A DNA stretch of 64,000 nucleotides, taken from NCBI GenBank assembly GCA_964234715.1, contig OZ174290.1; one strand, 5' to 3'. The notes beneath the pieces are model-generated. The model was not told where the DNA came from, searched no databases, and was given only the letters and a program-made list of their open reading frames with translations. The stretch is from Podarcis melisellensis. Taxonomy: Eukaryota. Both the position numbers and the translations under genes were made by a program. Of this stretch, positions 62,753 through 64,000 are shown one piece after another. The first letter of the stretch is position 1. Each line of letters starts with the position of its first letter.

Positions 62753-63311
62753 CAGTGGTACCTCGGTTTACGAACTTAAGCCGTTCTGGAAGTCCGTTCT
62801 TAAACCGAAACTCTTCTTAAACTGAGGTTTCCGTTCATAGGTAAAGGTGCCCCTGCCCGTACGGGCCAGTCTTGCCAGACTCTGGGGTTGTGCGCCCATC
62901 TCACTCAAGAGGCCAGGGGCCAGCGCTGTCCGAAGACACTTCCGGGTCACGTGGCCAGCGTGACATCGCTGCTCTGGCGAGCCAGAGCTGCACACGGAAA
63001 CGCCGTTTACCTTCCCGCTAGAAAGTGGTCCCTATTTATCTACTTGCACCCGAGGGTGCTTTCGAACTGCTAGGTTGGCAGGCGCTGGGACCGAGCAGCG
63101 GGAGCGCACCCCGCCGCGGGGATTCGAACCGCCGACCTTTCGATCGGCAAGCCCTAGGCGCTGAGGCTTTAACCCACAGCGCCACCCGCGTCCCTTTCCG
63201 TTCATAGACCGAGGTAAAGTTTGCTAACCAAAACACTACACCAGAACTACTGCGGAGTTCGTATACCGAATAGTTGGTAAACAGGGCTGTTCTTAAACCG
63301 AGGTACCACTG
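62753..63311. mobile_element. Tc1/mariner-type MITE interrupted by a Sauria SINE
   Basis: cagtggtacctcggttta ... taaaccgaggtaccactg TIRs. Confidence 0.88.
62841..63194 (-). mobile_element. Young Sauria SINE (subfamily C, CpG-rich)
   Basis: 13-bp TSD tttccgttcatag (62828-62840, 63195-63207); intact B box. Confidence 0.93.
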
Positions 63312-64000
63312 CATAGTCAAAACACACTGGGTGCAATGGCAGGTGGGATTGCCAAAGTCTCTCTTCCTGGATGTCCACCTACGTTTAAACTTCTTTTTTG
63401 CCAAGCATGTAAAGCTGAATGTTGTGGGCTTGTGCATTGTAGCTTCTTCTGTACTTTAACCATCCACCCCTGCTTATTCTGGCTGTTCCTTGTTGCTGGT
63501 TATTTTTTTCTGAAGCCTGCATATGCACAACTCTACTCAGGCTCAGCCTATTGTATGCGCACATATGCTCTCATCCTGCAAAAGGGCGCTTTTGTGCCTC
63601 TTAGGTTTTATTCCAGTTTTTTTTCTTAAACTCACAGTTGTGGAAGGAACAAGTGAGATCTGCAACAAAATTTTGTTGTGCGTAGTGCCAGCCATGTCCT
63701 TTTCCAGGAGACTCCCAACTGGAGGCAGAGCATCGCCATCAAAGCTAGTAGCCATTGACAGCTTCCTATAAGTTTGTCCGATTTTTGATAGACTATCCAA
63801 GGTTGCGACCATCGCTGCCTCTTGTGGGAGTGAGTTCCACAGTTTATCTATGTGCTCCCGTAAGACCCTTTCAGGAGTCTTTATTTTGCCCTCTGAACTC
63901 ACTCCAGGCCACACCCTGTATCAGCCCTGCATAGCACCTTTGTTGAGTATTTTGGTCTGTGTCTGAAGTCCAATGATAGTGCTCCATGTTGCCTGAATGG

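Noticed and set aside
1-64000. A novel multi-gene or prokaryote-style system (CRISPR array, operon, defence island)
   Set aside because: The window is explained by two spliced vertebrate genes plus known TE classes; no regularly spaced repeat-spacer array or unexplained long ORF was seen

Overview
This is vertebrate genomic DNA from a squamate reptile, inferred from Sauria SINEs and BovB; it is probably a lizard, but the species cannot be determined here. It holds two divergently transcribed, intron-containing genes. On the minus strand are exons 1-9 of RETSAT (all-trans-retinol 13,14-reductase), coding from 26964 down to 558, with the last exons beyond the left edge. On the plus strand is an apparently complete ELMOD3 coding region (10 coding exons, 34921-58916, about 369 aa; start codon uncertain). 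Exons were placed by reading splice sites and checking phase continuity against recalled human proteins. The rest is dense transposon debris: L1-like 3' fragments with TSDs, BovB, L2/CR1, Rex1/Babar, three Sauria SINE subfamilies, hAT and Tc1/mariner MITEs, a rearranged Tc1 and nested solo LTRs. There are two assembly gaps. I found no convincing novel multi-gene system. The best leads are a GC-AG intron directly after the ELMOD3 catalytic exon, a triple-nested TE stack upstream of RETSAT, two separate CpG promoters about 5 kb apart, a ~93% identical inverted copy shared by introns of the two genes 41 kb apart, and a Tc1 with an internal inverted duplication. Most ORFs in the supplied track are spurious.
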